From Trichoplax adhaerens (lineage: Eukaryota; Animalia; Placozoa), in the NCBI RefSeq assembly GCF_000150275.1, contig NW_002060953.1:779693-843692 (forward strand): DNA of 64,000 nucleotides, given 5' to 3'. The notes under the pieces are model-generated. The model saw only the letters and a program-made list of their open reading frames with translations, was not told the DNA's origin and searched no databases. Numbering within the stretch: position 1 is the stretch's first letter; each line of letters starts with the position of its first letter. A program made the translations under genes and the position numbers. Shown here piece by piece: positions 1 to 13,520 of the stretch.

Positions 1-112
1 CCTATTACGGTAACTCATTTCTAGCGTTAACTTAATGATTCAATAATTTATTTCTTGCCGTAAAACAACTTGATTTTGGATCGAATAATGATTATAAAAA
101 TGAACCACATAC

Positions 113-158
113 CTGCACATAACAGCAAAAGTCCCAGCGCAATCACTTTGGTCGCCAT
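113..158 (-). CDS. First coding exon (signal peptide) of a secreted or membrane protein gene that continues off the left edge
   Basis: Minus strand reads ...cccacag|CAAGT ATG GCG ACC AAA GTG ATT GCG CTG GGA CTT TTG CTG TTA TGT GCA G|gtatgt = MATKVIALGLLLLCA. It is a hydrophobic leader ending at a phase-1 donor, with an acceptor just upstream. A strong minus-strand donor CAG|GTAAGT near 2614 may end a 5'UTR exon. Confidence 0.55.
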
Positions 159-659
159 ACTTGCTGTGGGTAAGGTGAAAGCAAGTGATATGAATTTTGT
201 GCAGCAGGTAGTTATTCTTATAATACGTGAATTTGTAACCTGAGGGGAATGCCTTATACACTATGCATTCGTATTCAAAGGTCAATAAAAGATTGCAGAC
301 TAGTGTATTGTATTAATTGATATAATGATATTCTAACCGAGTAGAATAGCGCAGTAATATTGTTATGCGATCACGAAGCGAGGTAATTGTTTTATTTAGC
401 TCTACTTTTGATAATAAGGCCATTAATATTGAAATGATAATGACAATTATTGTTTTGTAGAGAGAAAGAGGCAGAGAGGACGATAGGATTGATATTGTGA
501 TATGGTTTCTATTCTTCGCGAACTACGTTAATTAAGTAGTTGATGCACATAATTATTTTAGTAATTATCGCCTGCACCTTCTTGAAAAGTTGAATATTAG
601 AGGTCATTTTTAGATTTTATTCTTCAACACATCAAAAATAGGAAGCTTGTTCACAAAAG

Positions 660-965
660 TTCAATTTAAGGCTGCTAATATTTGAACTAATTAAAGTTGA
701 CTTATTTCCATTAAAATAATATGAAACTCATTCGGAAATGATTTAATTTATAGCTGATGATATTTGAACTATTTAAAATTGACTTCTATCCATTACAATA
801 ATATGCAACCCCTTTCAGAAATGATTCAATTTCTCGTGGATGATATTTGAAATAGTTTAATTGACTGACGTCCCTTAAAATGACATAAAACTTATTGGGA
901 AATGATTCTGTTTATAGCTGATGATAGCCGAACTAGTTAAAGTTGATTAATATCCATTAAAATGA
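660..965. repeat. Degenerate tandem repeat, ~82-bp unit, ~3.5-4 copies
   Basis: aatgatt(c/t)aattt..agctgatgatatttgaacta..taaa(g/a)ttgac..atccattaaaat recurs at about 660, 737, 820 and 901. Confidence 0.85.
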
Positions 966-1624
966 TTTCTTTTAAATGAATTCAAAAGTCGAAACAAAGG
1001 CCAGTCTTGCAAGATTATTGTTGGTTACTAGTAACCCACGGAGACATTGTTCATCTAATTTCTACCGACATCGTCGCATGTTACTGCTTGATTATCTCTT
1101 TTGTGTCATTCAATACTGTTTATTTCATAAGATTGTCGAATAAAAAATTGAAAACGTGATCCTATCATCTAAAGCTTTACCTTATAAGTTAATACAAGCA
1201 CTGATGTCATAAATATACAAATGTTGCATAATATAGGACAGCTGATTGTAAATTGTTTATCCGCCTAACATTCTGTAAGAGAAATGGTAAAGACAATAAT
1301 ATCAACATAGCTTAGACTGTTGCTTTGGGCTGTATTATGATAGGATATAGAACTAGATAGGTCGACCGATAATAACGAGTTTACGCAATACGAAGTTCAA
1401 AAGCTAAGGCTTCCTGCGGTAATTTTAGATGATGTAATTAAATTATCTGTGTAATGGCACATAATACAGTTACTATACGAGTATGTCCTATTTTTTGCAT
1501 AATTGTATTTGAATTTTATTGATGCTTTCAGGCTTTACAGACTTGAATATCATTGAGAGTTTTTCATCTAGATTATTTGTCATAATTATTTACCAAAATT
1601 GGTTTAAAAAATACCAATTTAAGT

Positions 1625-1863
1625 AAAGTAACGGATCACCAATACTTTTCGAAGCTGATTTACACTGAAATTAAGTGATTGATTGCTTGGTGTTAAAAAA
1701 TAGTTACGTGTATATTGAATTTAATATGGTCTAGCGCCGTTTATAGACGTTATGTACAATATTTATTTGCCTCATTTCTTCAAAAAACATTAATTCAGAA
1801 AAGTAACGAATCATCATTATTTTCAGAAGCTGATTTACGCTGAAATTGAGTGATTGATGCTTA
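1625..1863. repeat. Direct repeat, ~63 bp, copies ~175 bp apart
   Basis: aaagtaacg(g/a)atca...gaagctgatttac(a/g)ctgaaatt(a/g)agtgattgat at about 1625 and 1800. Confidence 0.8.
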
Positions 1864-3112
1864 ATCTTAAATAATTATTATGAACATCCTAGCTCATTCA
1901 TAGGGTAATCTGTAATAGGTCAGGAAGATTTTTAGATATGAAAATGTGTGCATTTTTGTTGCTTGAGTTCAACGGATGTAAAAAAGGTTCTACTTAAAAA
2001 GTGCAGATATCAATCCAATTATCTCGACTTTGTTTGTGTAAAACATTACGAATGTGCGTGATGGTAAGAAGTAAATAATCTCATTCCTGTGTGGAAAGTG
2101 CATAGACATCTTCTGTAAATAGGCCAATTTTGCTAACTAATTATGCAAACATGAGTGTCTTCATCGGTGTACTGCTATAAAATTGAGTCCAGAAAAGTAC
2201 GGCAGTTATGCTTCGACTACATGAAGTATTTAACGTTGAATTACAATCAGGTGCTAGTGATTACTTCTAATTTTGTTCAGCTTCATTTGTTGATTTATAG
2301 CTAGATATTTTATTACTCATAGCAGAAGCATTCGTCCGAGTAACGCTGGAGAATATTGCAGTAATTATTAATTAATGCCGTCTAGAATGCTAATTAGGTC
2401 ATACCGGTACTGATCAAACAAGTAAACAATAATAGAAATACAATTCAGTGCAGTATAATACGAGTATACAACAGTGAATTAATAATATAATGCCATATCT
2501 AACTTCAAGCATTCAGTGCTATTGAAATCTCTCAGCGGATGATTATGATTTGCCACGTTGATAGATAAAAAGAAGATTATTGTCAAGGAAACAAGCAATT
2601 ATTAATGCACTTACCTGCATATTTTAAAACTCCAGTTGAGAAGGCTAATTATTGTTACAATGCAAGCACCTTCTTTGTTGCTATGTTGCAGCGGTAGGCC
2701 ATACAACATACAGTACCTATCTAGTTGGGGGCATCTTGCCATCCCCTCTCCTTTTAAGCCTATATGCCATGAAACATGAATAAATGTTATAGCACTTACG
2801 TTGATGTACTACATATGAAAAACATTTACATAATTTATTAAGCCATGATAGGTCAAGTTTAAAGGCATGAAAGTTTATGTTTGTAAAGCGAATATTTCTC
2901 GAGTGTTAATAGTGACTTCTCCTTGAAACTTTTGCGGACTTGTGACATTAGTAGAAGAAGTACTAACTCGTACCATGACAAGTTTTAATAGATCGTTATA
3001 TCGTGTTGTGTCAAATTCTTTATGATGAGACTTAACGAAAATAAGCGATACCTGACCATAAATGGTAGTGAAAGGAATTTGAGATAATTTGAATCACTGG
3101 CGACTCGAGGCC

Positions 3113-3893
3113 AATGGATTAGTTAAACGATAGTATCTGACGGTAAAATAGCTAGATACACTAGACGAAAGAATTAGATGGATAGCAGTATCGATAAAAT
3201 CTGCTTAAGACTAGAATAGAATAATATAGCAATGACCGATAAGTAAATTAAGTACACACTAAAGACTTGAGATTAATGGATTGGTTAGGCGATAATATAC
3301 GATGATAGAACAAGTGAATACACTTGAAAAAGAGCTAGATAGAAGTATCGATGAAATCTATTTGAGATTAGAACGGAATAATACAACGATAACCAGTAAA
3401 TTCATTAAGTATGCTCCAGAAAGTCGCAATCAATAGATTAGTTAGATGATAGTATACGATGGTAAAACAGCTCTATACACTAGACGAAAGAACTAGGTAG
3501 CAGTATTGATAAAATTCGCTTAAGATTAGAACGGAACAAGATAGCGATTAAAGATATGTTTATTAAGTACACACTAGCGGCTCGAATTCAGTGGATTAAT
3601 TAGACGATAGTATACGACAGTAAAGCAGCTGAATATACTTGATGAAAGAATTAGATAGATCGTAGCTTCGATGAAATCTGTTTGAGACTAGAACGAAATA
3701 ATATAGCAATAACCAAAAAGTTAATTATGTGCACGCTGGAGACTCGAGATCAATGGATTAGTTAGACGACAGTATATAACGGTATAGCAGCTAAATAAAT
3801 TAAATTTAATAAAAGAAATTAGATAGATAACAGTATCCGTGAAATCTGTTTGAGAATAGAACGTAGAGATACAACGATAACCAATAAATAAAT
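3113..3893. repeat. Degenerate minisatellite, ~160-bp unit, ~5 copies
   Basis: Unit starts (aatggattagttagacgatagtatacga...) at about 3113, 3275, 3432, 3590 and 3752. Confidence 0.9.
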
Positions 3894-5635
3894 TGATTTA
3901 CTCAGGTCTTTACGCGAAATTAATTATATGTGTCGGGATAAAAACATCGTAATGTTGGATGTCATCCTGAAATATTTTGGCTACGATGTTACAGGATCTA
4001 TTTCGATCCTTAATCTATAACTATCGGCCAATGGTAATAATTATCTACAATATTTAGATTATTTAATGATGCTTTTTGAATTTTTAACAGAATAACATAG
4101 GGTCCTAATCTTACGTAGAATATCGATAAACTAAACAGTGCAGTAACTCTTCTTGGGTAGTAAAGAAGGAATAGGGGACGACCACAAACCTGAAATAGAT
4201 ACTTTTAGAGTGGTATCCATTTCAACATCTTTTCCCATTTTGTCACACGAAAATAGCTTGATAAAAATCAAGATACCTTTTTGTATCATAGGAGATAATC
4301 ATGTAAAGCAATTGATTCTATTCATGATCATAATTTTGAATAACTAACCGCGATAAATGTGCATTCTTCAATGTACTATAACGGTATCTATCGGTAAATA
4401 CGCTAGAGACATTATCAATTATACCCTCTGCAATTCTATTAAAAGCGGTGTCTTTGGTCATTCTATTTATTCACGTTTTTGTGCATTAGCCCCTCGCTGT
4501 ACTTAATCTGTAATTCAAGTTAAATTCATAAATTCATAAAAGAACGTATGTGATGATTTATTCAGTAAGCTGCTATTACTGAGTCATTCTTGAATCGTGT
4601 ACTAGCATAATAACCTAGAAGCCTCGAAGACTATAAAAATTATGTTCGACACTTTAATGTTGGAATGTTATTAAATGCCTAAACTGTTTGTAGTTTCTTT
4701 TAGAACGCTAATACTGTGGTAAAGTACAGGCAATTAATAATTCTATATTTCGACTGTTATCTTGTACAGCATTACGATCAATCAAATGAGTGATAATTAT
4801 ATTTAATGAAATAATTTTTAATCTGTAAATGTTAGTCTTCGGTCATCGTATAGCGGTAATATAAGTATTTCTTGGTTATACACCTTAGCCAACGAATTTA
4901 CTTACTTTTAACTTCTTCTCCTACTAATAAAATGACCTAAAATATAGTACCGTAATTTTTTTCTATAACCCGCAGCTCATGGACTACTAGAAATCTACGC
5001 TAGAAGTAATCCTTAGTTTTGTGTGCGCCTATTCTTATCTGCTGCTACTGCATTTGATATCACTTTATCAAAAACAGTACATATGATTTATCGTTGCGTG
5101 TAATAAAATTTTGACTTACAGAAACAGATTTCATAAGCCATATTGTCTATCATTGTAAATACTAATAGAGCTTTAGTAGTTCGGGTAATCTATGGCTATG
5201 AATAGACTTAACTGGTAAATAATTAGGAAAGCAGAATGATCCAATAAAACCTGATAGCTCATAGGTACGCTACTCAAATTGCAAATTATCGTGGAGGTCA
5301 CATACGTGTCAAGGGAAGTTGGACGCTTGGCAAAAAACTGGAAATTTAGAGTATGTTATCGAATCAGCTTGATGAGCAGTTGCAATGAGACGTTACAAAT
5401 AAACAGATTGCAATCGAATAACTTTAATTTATAAGCATTTCAAGAGGGCAGGAAATAAATTGGCTATCGTATATACTGAAGGTAAGTAGAGCGTTATTTA
5501 TTCTCATTTGCTATAAAACTCGCCTTTATATTGCGAATGGATATTGTTAGATATAAAATTAAATAAAGTATATAAATTCAATTGATAAGTTACCAATATG
5601 GAGATGTGATAAAATATAATATCATAAGATGAAAA

Positions 5636-8600
5636 TTATCTTTCAATATTTAAATGGATATTTAATCCTCGAAGCATATCAGTATCCCTAATTCTTTTAC
5701 AACCATATATATGCAATGACTTTAATCTCTTACAATGTTTGACAAGATAAATTAAACTCTCGTGTGTTACATCCCTACAAAAGCTCAGTTTAATCGATTT
5801 TAAGGTGCGATAGCATTGGCTATTAGCCAAATCTTTGACACTATGAAAGATGAAAAGGCAACAAGATTAATTTAATGTGTACAATAAAGCAATATTTTAA
5901 TAAACTAGAGAACAAATAAGCCGTAACAGTTCTACCTGTCCTATTCTACAAAATGAAATATGAGTTCTTCATTTTCTTAGAATAAGAGTTACTTTTTACT
6001 ATCATTAATTTCATACCTGGATCTAGTAATATTTGTAGAGCTTAAGTCGAGAACTTCTAAGCTATGGCAGTGTTGTGCTATAACATTTATACTGTTATCC
6101 GTTACCATTTCACATCCGCAAATGTCCAGACATCTAAGTTGAATAGCGAAATTCTCATTAAATAAGGTATCAGACTACAAATGCTTGGTATCGCTTGTAG
6201 AGCATATCATTTTAAAAAATTAATTTGTACGAAATGCTTCATAAAGGGGAAAAATTACCTTATAGAAGGTCTATGTATTGCGAGCTCGTTCATCGCAATA
6301 TCGGTAATTTTAGAGCACTTTGCTAAACTAATATCGCTTAATTTTTGCCAATTTCTCGCTAGAAATGATACGCAATCATCCGTTATCTATTAAAAAAGTA
6401 TAAATTAACAATTATTAGCTTATTCCTATCAGTTATGCTCATTTCTAGTGATGTAATGACGCAAGATAAGATGTATTGATTGCACTTTAAAGATTTGTTC
6501 TGAAAAAGCAAATATGGAATAACGTGGTAAACAAATATACTTCTAAAAACAATATTGGTTTCGTAGGATGAGATAAAGCAAATACTTTACAGCGTACAAA
6601 ATGACGTATCCTAATTTTACACTTGGTTATAAAGTAATAAAATTAACGTTTAAATATGCGTCTTAATATGCCGCCGCAAAAAAAGCTTTCATTTTAAGGT
6701 CTATATTATCGCAAGGTATAGATATAGACGTTATTTTATCTTTTTATACTAACCTGGCTGATACCGCGCAATCCAATTTTTTCTATATGCTTTAAGTTTG
6801 CTGCTAGTCTGCTAATGTCATCATTGCTAAGCTAAATGATTAGCAACAAAATGTACCACCATAGTGGTAATATTATTGAGATTAAGGTGATATTTGTCAA
6901 GTATTTACATCTGATACGAATTACTTGTAAATATCTTATAGAAGTTTAATAGTTTACCTTATAGCATTGCCCTAAATTTAGGGAAATAATATTTTTGCAG
7001 TTATAAGCAATCATTTTAGCAGCTTGCGAATCGATTTTTGAACAGCCGGAAATGTCCAAGTAGCAAATACTGATATATTAATGATTAAAATATGACAAAT
7101 GATAAGATTAGATAAGAGCTAATTTATCTCATAATATTCATGAAAGCTATACTAAATTACAATAATAAATTAACGAGTGATAATTATACTCTTTAGTGTA
7201 AATGCTTTATTAAGTAATCATGACTTCAAATAAAGTAATGACGAGATTTGTGAATTCAATTTTTTAATAAAGATAATGCGTATCAATTCCTGGTTAAATT
7301 ACAAATTAGAATTACGTTGGATCTTGATTGATGATGATATAACATTAAAACAAAATTTTTCATACATATTGCTTTCCATATGAATTGATTTAAGATTAAT
7401 GCAATTAGTACTTATAGATATTTTGGTTTACCTATCTCCATGTCGGCTAGCAATCGTTGAAATTGTTCTATTGGAAATGTTTAGACATCCACTGAGATCA
7501 ATGGATATCATACTAAAATGATAAACAAATCCGTAAAATTATATTTTAATTGGGCTCTTGTTGCATTTTACGATATTCCATCGAAGCGAAGACCTATATA
7601 ACATCATGAACTCTAACTTACCTTTTGCAGCCTTCTAAAATAGAGATAATTCCGTCATCACTAACATTGCACTGTGAGCAATGGATAGTATGTACATTTG
7701 GACACCGAGTTGCTATATGAACTAAAACTTCATCGCCAATAGTTTCACTAGTTGTAGTAGGTACATAGGCCATGGTAAACTCCTAAAAGGAAGTTTATTA
7801 AAGAGTATTTAGTTCAGGCCTACAATTAATATTATCAATTAAATTAAATTTTGTCCGACCTGCAGTGAATCCGAACACTGGCGAAACAGTTGTCTTAATC
7901 CATCCACGGTAATGACCACGTTTGAGGATCTGGTTGCTCTGTTGCTATATTCTGATTCAACAACTTCCATTTGTGGTAAAGTTAGGCAAACAGGTTTCCT
8001 TCTTCCAATCGCTTTTAATGACATATTTGATAATGGTACATTTTTGGGTACAATAATTTCATTCCCTAAAGAAAGACCAATTCGAGCAATAAGAAGTTCA
8101 AAATAATAGCCATGACTGTACTAAGTTCTAATTATTAATTTCTATAATTGGCATCGCCTCATTAATTTAGGAGAAATAATTGTAATATATGATCGGAATT
8201 AATGTGATATATTATTAATTAAATTAAATGACTATGAAAGGTAATGTGCATTATCTATGATATACGTAAGCAATCAATTATTAAAACAGGTTGTTTCTCA
8301 AAATAATCATAATGTTATACTATCGATAATATATTTATATCGAGGTATGTTTATACGAGTATTCTTGATATACCTTACTCGTAGTCAGATTTTAAAATTT
8401 AAAATTTCGTTGCTTACAAGGTTTTTAAAGCTATATAGTCTACCTAAGGTACTTACATAATGCTGAATCATTAGCTATCCAATAAAGTCTTCGACATACC
8501 ATGGAGCATTTGATTAACTCTTTTTGGGATATCTTACTTAATATCATGAGAAGTAATTCATCTGGTAGATCTAATAATGATAATGGGGAGTTCACAAGAT

Positions 8601-11600
8601 TGTTATAATAATAGTCACTTAATCTTTTATTGGCTATTCTATTCCTATCGCTATGGTTGTCCTCTTCGGAAGTTAAGTCATCGGTAATGACATCATTAGG
8701 CTTGCTATGTTTTAAAATGGAAATAGTCTGATCTGGATAACCATGAGATGATTCATTAATAATAGCTGGATATAACGAGCTAGCAGGTGGATTAGATAAC
8801 TCGTTAGAATTGAATGAACTCCAAGCTGTACTTGATTTTTGCCAATGTCGTTTATAATTTGAAAGTAGATTTTTAGATGATGTCATTTGCCCTTCATGAT
8901 CACTTGTATCCAATATGGAATCATCTTCATCGGTAGAAAGTATTTTGGAACGATTACGAGAGTCAAGTGATTGTGAAGTTTCGTATCTTGCCTTTGCTTT
9001 GCTAGGTGTCTGACCGGGATTATGTGATCTTATGGGAGTTTTCTTAAAATAAGCTTCCGAATAAGATTTTTGCAATCTTGTTACGCTTACCTTGTCTTCG
9101 CGGCTATCTTGGTTGGTATCCGTTGAGGCAACATTGATCTCACGTTCAGCCTCTTTCGTCTGCAATTTATTATTGACTGGTATTGGATCTACTTCAGCTA
9201 TAAAGCCAGGACTAACGGATATAATGGTAGTGCCACAATCTATGCAAAACATGCTATCATGATTACAATGGCTGCGACATGTTGGGCAGACTTTTACCAC
9301 TTTATTTGTTGTCTGGCTGGGAGTCGGCGATATACTTGGCGATGCTTTAAAAAATTTTGTACTCTTTATAGCTGAGTCATAATCCTTATTTGTACTTGCT
9401 GTAGCTACTGATTGACTATGATCATTAATGGCCAGTTTATTATCTGTCACGGTAGAATAATCTTTCTTTGAAGTAGTTTTATTCGGTGATAGGGCAGAAG
9501 AAAAACTTTGAATTTTCTGTCTTGAATCAATATTCGTTTGATCCTTCATGGTGGATATCGGATCACTGAAATCATGACTGACTTTGTTGTCGTCGTCTAT
9601 TCCCCATATGCTAGCAAGGGTAGAGTAATTGATCCGATTCTCCTTCCTTGGACTTCGCTGTGTCATAGGATCCGTATGTGACCAAGAAAATCGCTGTAAA
9701 TTATCTAAGTCCTCATCATGACTGATTCCGTTCTCAGAATCCTCGCCCTCATAAGTTAATAACGAATCTTTAGGCGACCTAGCTGTAATGCTGTAGTTAG
9801 TTTCTGATTCTCTATGTGTAATAAATGCAACATTCTCATCCGAATTTTCACTATCTTCTAACTCCAATTCTGGTATTTCATTGTCTCGACTATATTTAAG
9901 ATTTGTTGTATTAGGTACTCCAACATTAAGCACTCCCACGTTATCATTACGGGGTGCTGTTGACACCGAACGACTTACTGGAGCAGTGATACTTTCAGAA
10001 GGTTTCCTATACTCGGAACTTCCATGAGATTCAGAGCTTTGGCCAATCGAAGACATTTTATCATTAGTTTTGCTGGATTTTTTATTGTTTTGATTACTTT
10101 TACCAGCAGCTTTTGAGTCTGCTTTATTTACAGTTGTCTCCGCTCTTGCTGCGTTCTTGGCTAGATAGGCTAATCTTTTTTGCCTAATTCTATCCAAATC
10201 CTTTTCATTCCTTGGTGTTCTAGGAGTTTTTAAGTCTGATTTTTTATTGTTCAAAGTTGTAGCTGTTTTGCTTCTAATTGTTTCATTTTCCTCTGAGATG
10301 GTGCCATCTATAATCGGAGTTTCAGCATTTTTTTTTCTATTTTGATTGTCCCTAGAGTGAGAACGGACTGGCTGCAAGCTTGCTTTCAAATCGGTAGGCA
10401 AGTCATCAAAAATCTCTGCTGTAGAGCTTTGTCTGTTAACGGCGTTATATTTAGATCTTCTATCTTCGCGCATTATATCTTGTGAATCTGACACATTGCT
10501 AATTAAGTTTTGCTTACCATTATTCCTATTTAGTTTTAACTCCATACTATTTTCAACTTGGAGAGCATTATCATCTGTTAAATAATTTCTATTTTCTGGC
10601 CGTGCAGCAGTCAGCTTTCTTTGCTTGCGTTGTTGATATTCAACTGGGTTACTTTGATTAATATTCTGTCTTGTATTTTTTGAATTGTCGGTATAGTCTT
10701 GATCAAGATTAAACTCAGATAACTGCCGGTTTTGCTTTATTAGATGAGCATCTTTACGGTTACCTTTTTTAGATCTGGGGCTCAATTTTCGTTCCACTTT
10801 TACCTCTAATCGTTCTCTTTCTTTCTCAATACTTTTAATAATTTCTTTCCACTCTTCGAATTGGATTGATGTCTCGTCACTGTTATGAGATGGATGTTGT
10901 TGGTCTGCTACGTTGCTGCTTAAAGTATTCGAATTCTTACTTAAATCGGTTGATTTATGGCTACCTGCATAGTTTTCCAGTAAATTTCGTAGTGTAGGAT
11001 CAAGGCGGTCCATATTTAAATCGCCAATCATGTTTTCAATGGATTTTGAAAATCGATAAGTGGTTATTTTATCTGAATCACTGTCTTCGTTATTTTCCAA
11101 GTTCTCAAGGTGTAAGTAATTCGATTTCGTTGCCCTTTCACTGCGATCTTGTACCGCTGCGTATAATTTCTTATTTGTATTTTTGCTCGATTGTCCTTTA
11201 AGAGATTGAATTTTAGCCGGCTTTTCCCTGCTATCTTGTTGTTCTTCTAATTCAAACTTGGATGTTAAATGCTTATCGTCACCATACTTAGAATATATTG
11301 CTCTATGGTCATATTGAGTGACAGGAGAATCATCATCTTCGTCATTAATATCCCACATATGATATCTTCGGGGTGTACCAGGTTCAGGCTTCGTTACAAT
11401 ATGTCTGGCATTATAATTATCATCATCGTATTGACTTACATTTTGATTTATTTCATAGCTTTGGCGTGGTGAAATCTTTACAGATTTATTTCTTTGTAAA
11501 TTACTTATTTTGTTATTAGAGGTATCATTGTAGCTAGTATTTACCGAAGGCTTATATTTTGATTGAAGTATATTTTGATCGCTTTCTCGGTAGAAGCCCT

Positions 11601-11688
11601 CCTCGACTTTATCGTCTTCATAATGTCGATATCCAGCATGATCATTGATATTTTTGATAGGTGATGGTTGTCTTCTGTATCGACTCAT
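5636..11688 (-). CDS. F-box/leucine-rich-repeat (FBXL-type) protein with a very long low-complexity N-terminus and a zinc ribbon; 9 coding exons
   Basis: The 3.2-kb exon (11688-8457) ends in an F-box (LLDLPDELLLMILSKISQKELIKCSMVCRRLYWIANDSAL|W). Eight GT-AG exons follow in frame with cysteine-containing LRRs (SIDLSGCLNISN, YLDISGCSKIDS, SLNLGQCYKLSN, ISLAKCSKITD, LDICGCEMVTD, LKSLHIYGCKRIRD) to the stop at 5636. Confidence 0.9.
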
Positions 11689-13520
11689 TGAAAACTAATC
11701 TTGAATATCAAGTAAGGCAATGCTATCCTCACTGCTGATATCGGTTTCAATCTAATAGGGAATATCTCACTGAAATGGTGGATCAAATTATTTTCAACGT
11801 TTACGTGCAGCTTTAAACGTTAATTCTGCAGTTTCTATTTGGCAACATTCGCTGTAGGTAAATGAATGATTGATAGGTTATCAGACGATTCTTAAAAATT
11901 GAGACTCCAATTTGATTGCTGAGAAGTGGAATACTACTAGTGCCTCTTAATTTAACTAAATCAAGAAAACCGAATCAACCTTTTGCTTATATGATGCTTA
12001 TACTCGTATTCTCTTCCAACCGCAGCTTATCAATCGGGGCTTAATCAATATCGATGGCTAAGCAGCCTCTTGTCTTGTACACACCTACTACGTCTGTCCG
12101 AAAGCCAAAGATATTCCAATATTAAACTGCATGCTATACAGAACAACATCCAGCGTAGTAGAATTATATTTCTGCAGTAAGGAGAATATAACGTTCAAAT
12201 TATTTTACGGTTAAAAAATCCCCAAATTGCCATGGAGACCGAAGTCTACAGACGGAAAATACGGACGGCACCCTTCTAGTCTGAGACTACTGCCTACAAA
12301 CTAGCTTACCAAAATGAAGTTCTTGGTGATGGACTACTAAAAAAGGTCTTTTAGTAGTTTATGGCTTGATTTAGCAGTGAATAAGACCTATATCTATTAA
12401 ACAGTGATATGGAAAAGTGTAATTTATCGCCAGGTTGATACAGATGATGGAATCCTATGGGTAGCATTAGCTACTTATACAGTATGTCTCTGCAGCGTAG
12501 CTTATTATTGTATATCGATGACCTTCAACAGTAAAGGGTAGGGATACTAGTAAATGGCACTAATAAACTCATAGGTGGTATATTTGGTCATGAAAGTCTG
12601 ACGTCTTGTAGCTGGCTTACTTGATACGAGTATATTATGATGCTATTAGTCATCGCACAATGAATTATATTTCAACTTTGCTACAATTAAATTTTCAACT
12701 TTTACAAAACTATATAGAAAGTATATGAAGGATCTGGCGAATAAATACGTTTAGCGAAGATACAATATTGCTAACAGAGTTTATAAGAGGCATTTAATAC
12801 ATTCTACAAACCAAATTGCAATATTAAATGAGTATGTTTCGACAAGATTTACTAATGATGTTTCGTTGCAACACAGCTCAATTTGTTTATTTTATATCCA
12901 AGACGTTATCATACAATTTTCGCAATAGTTTTCGAATATTTTAGAATAAGATTTTTTTTCCATCATGTTGTTACTAATGTAACTGGTATTGTGCTTTCGG
13001 AATATAGGGTACACTATATGTACAAAGCAGTGATATTCTTCACCGTACTCAATTTGATTATTGGTAGAGAACGTGGTACAAGGTTAATTTTTCGGCTAAT
13101 TGATAATATTGGAGTGAATCATATTAAAAAGATGTCTTGCATGGCTTGACAGGATACAAGTAATAGTTATCCTACGCATACATACTTTCATACAAGTACA
13201 TCGTACGTTACGAATTTATAATGGTAAGAAGTTGATTGTCAGTCTAGTCTAGGCTACAATCATGCATGCTTGATTATAAAGTGGGTCTTTGCTAATAGTT
13301 AGTAAATCGGTTAACAGTATCATAAAGAGTAGCTCTACATCTTCTAGTAGTTTGTGGCCAGGTATTTCAAGAGCATTTAGGATGTGATTTAACTACTGAA
13401 GCACTATCTCAAATTGAGACTTAATTCATGTGGAAATTGTCTTCCAACTTTGTTGAAAGCTATAAAGGTACTATTTAAAAATGCTGACGATGATGTACCC
13501 GTAATGGAGCATAGTTTCAA

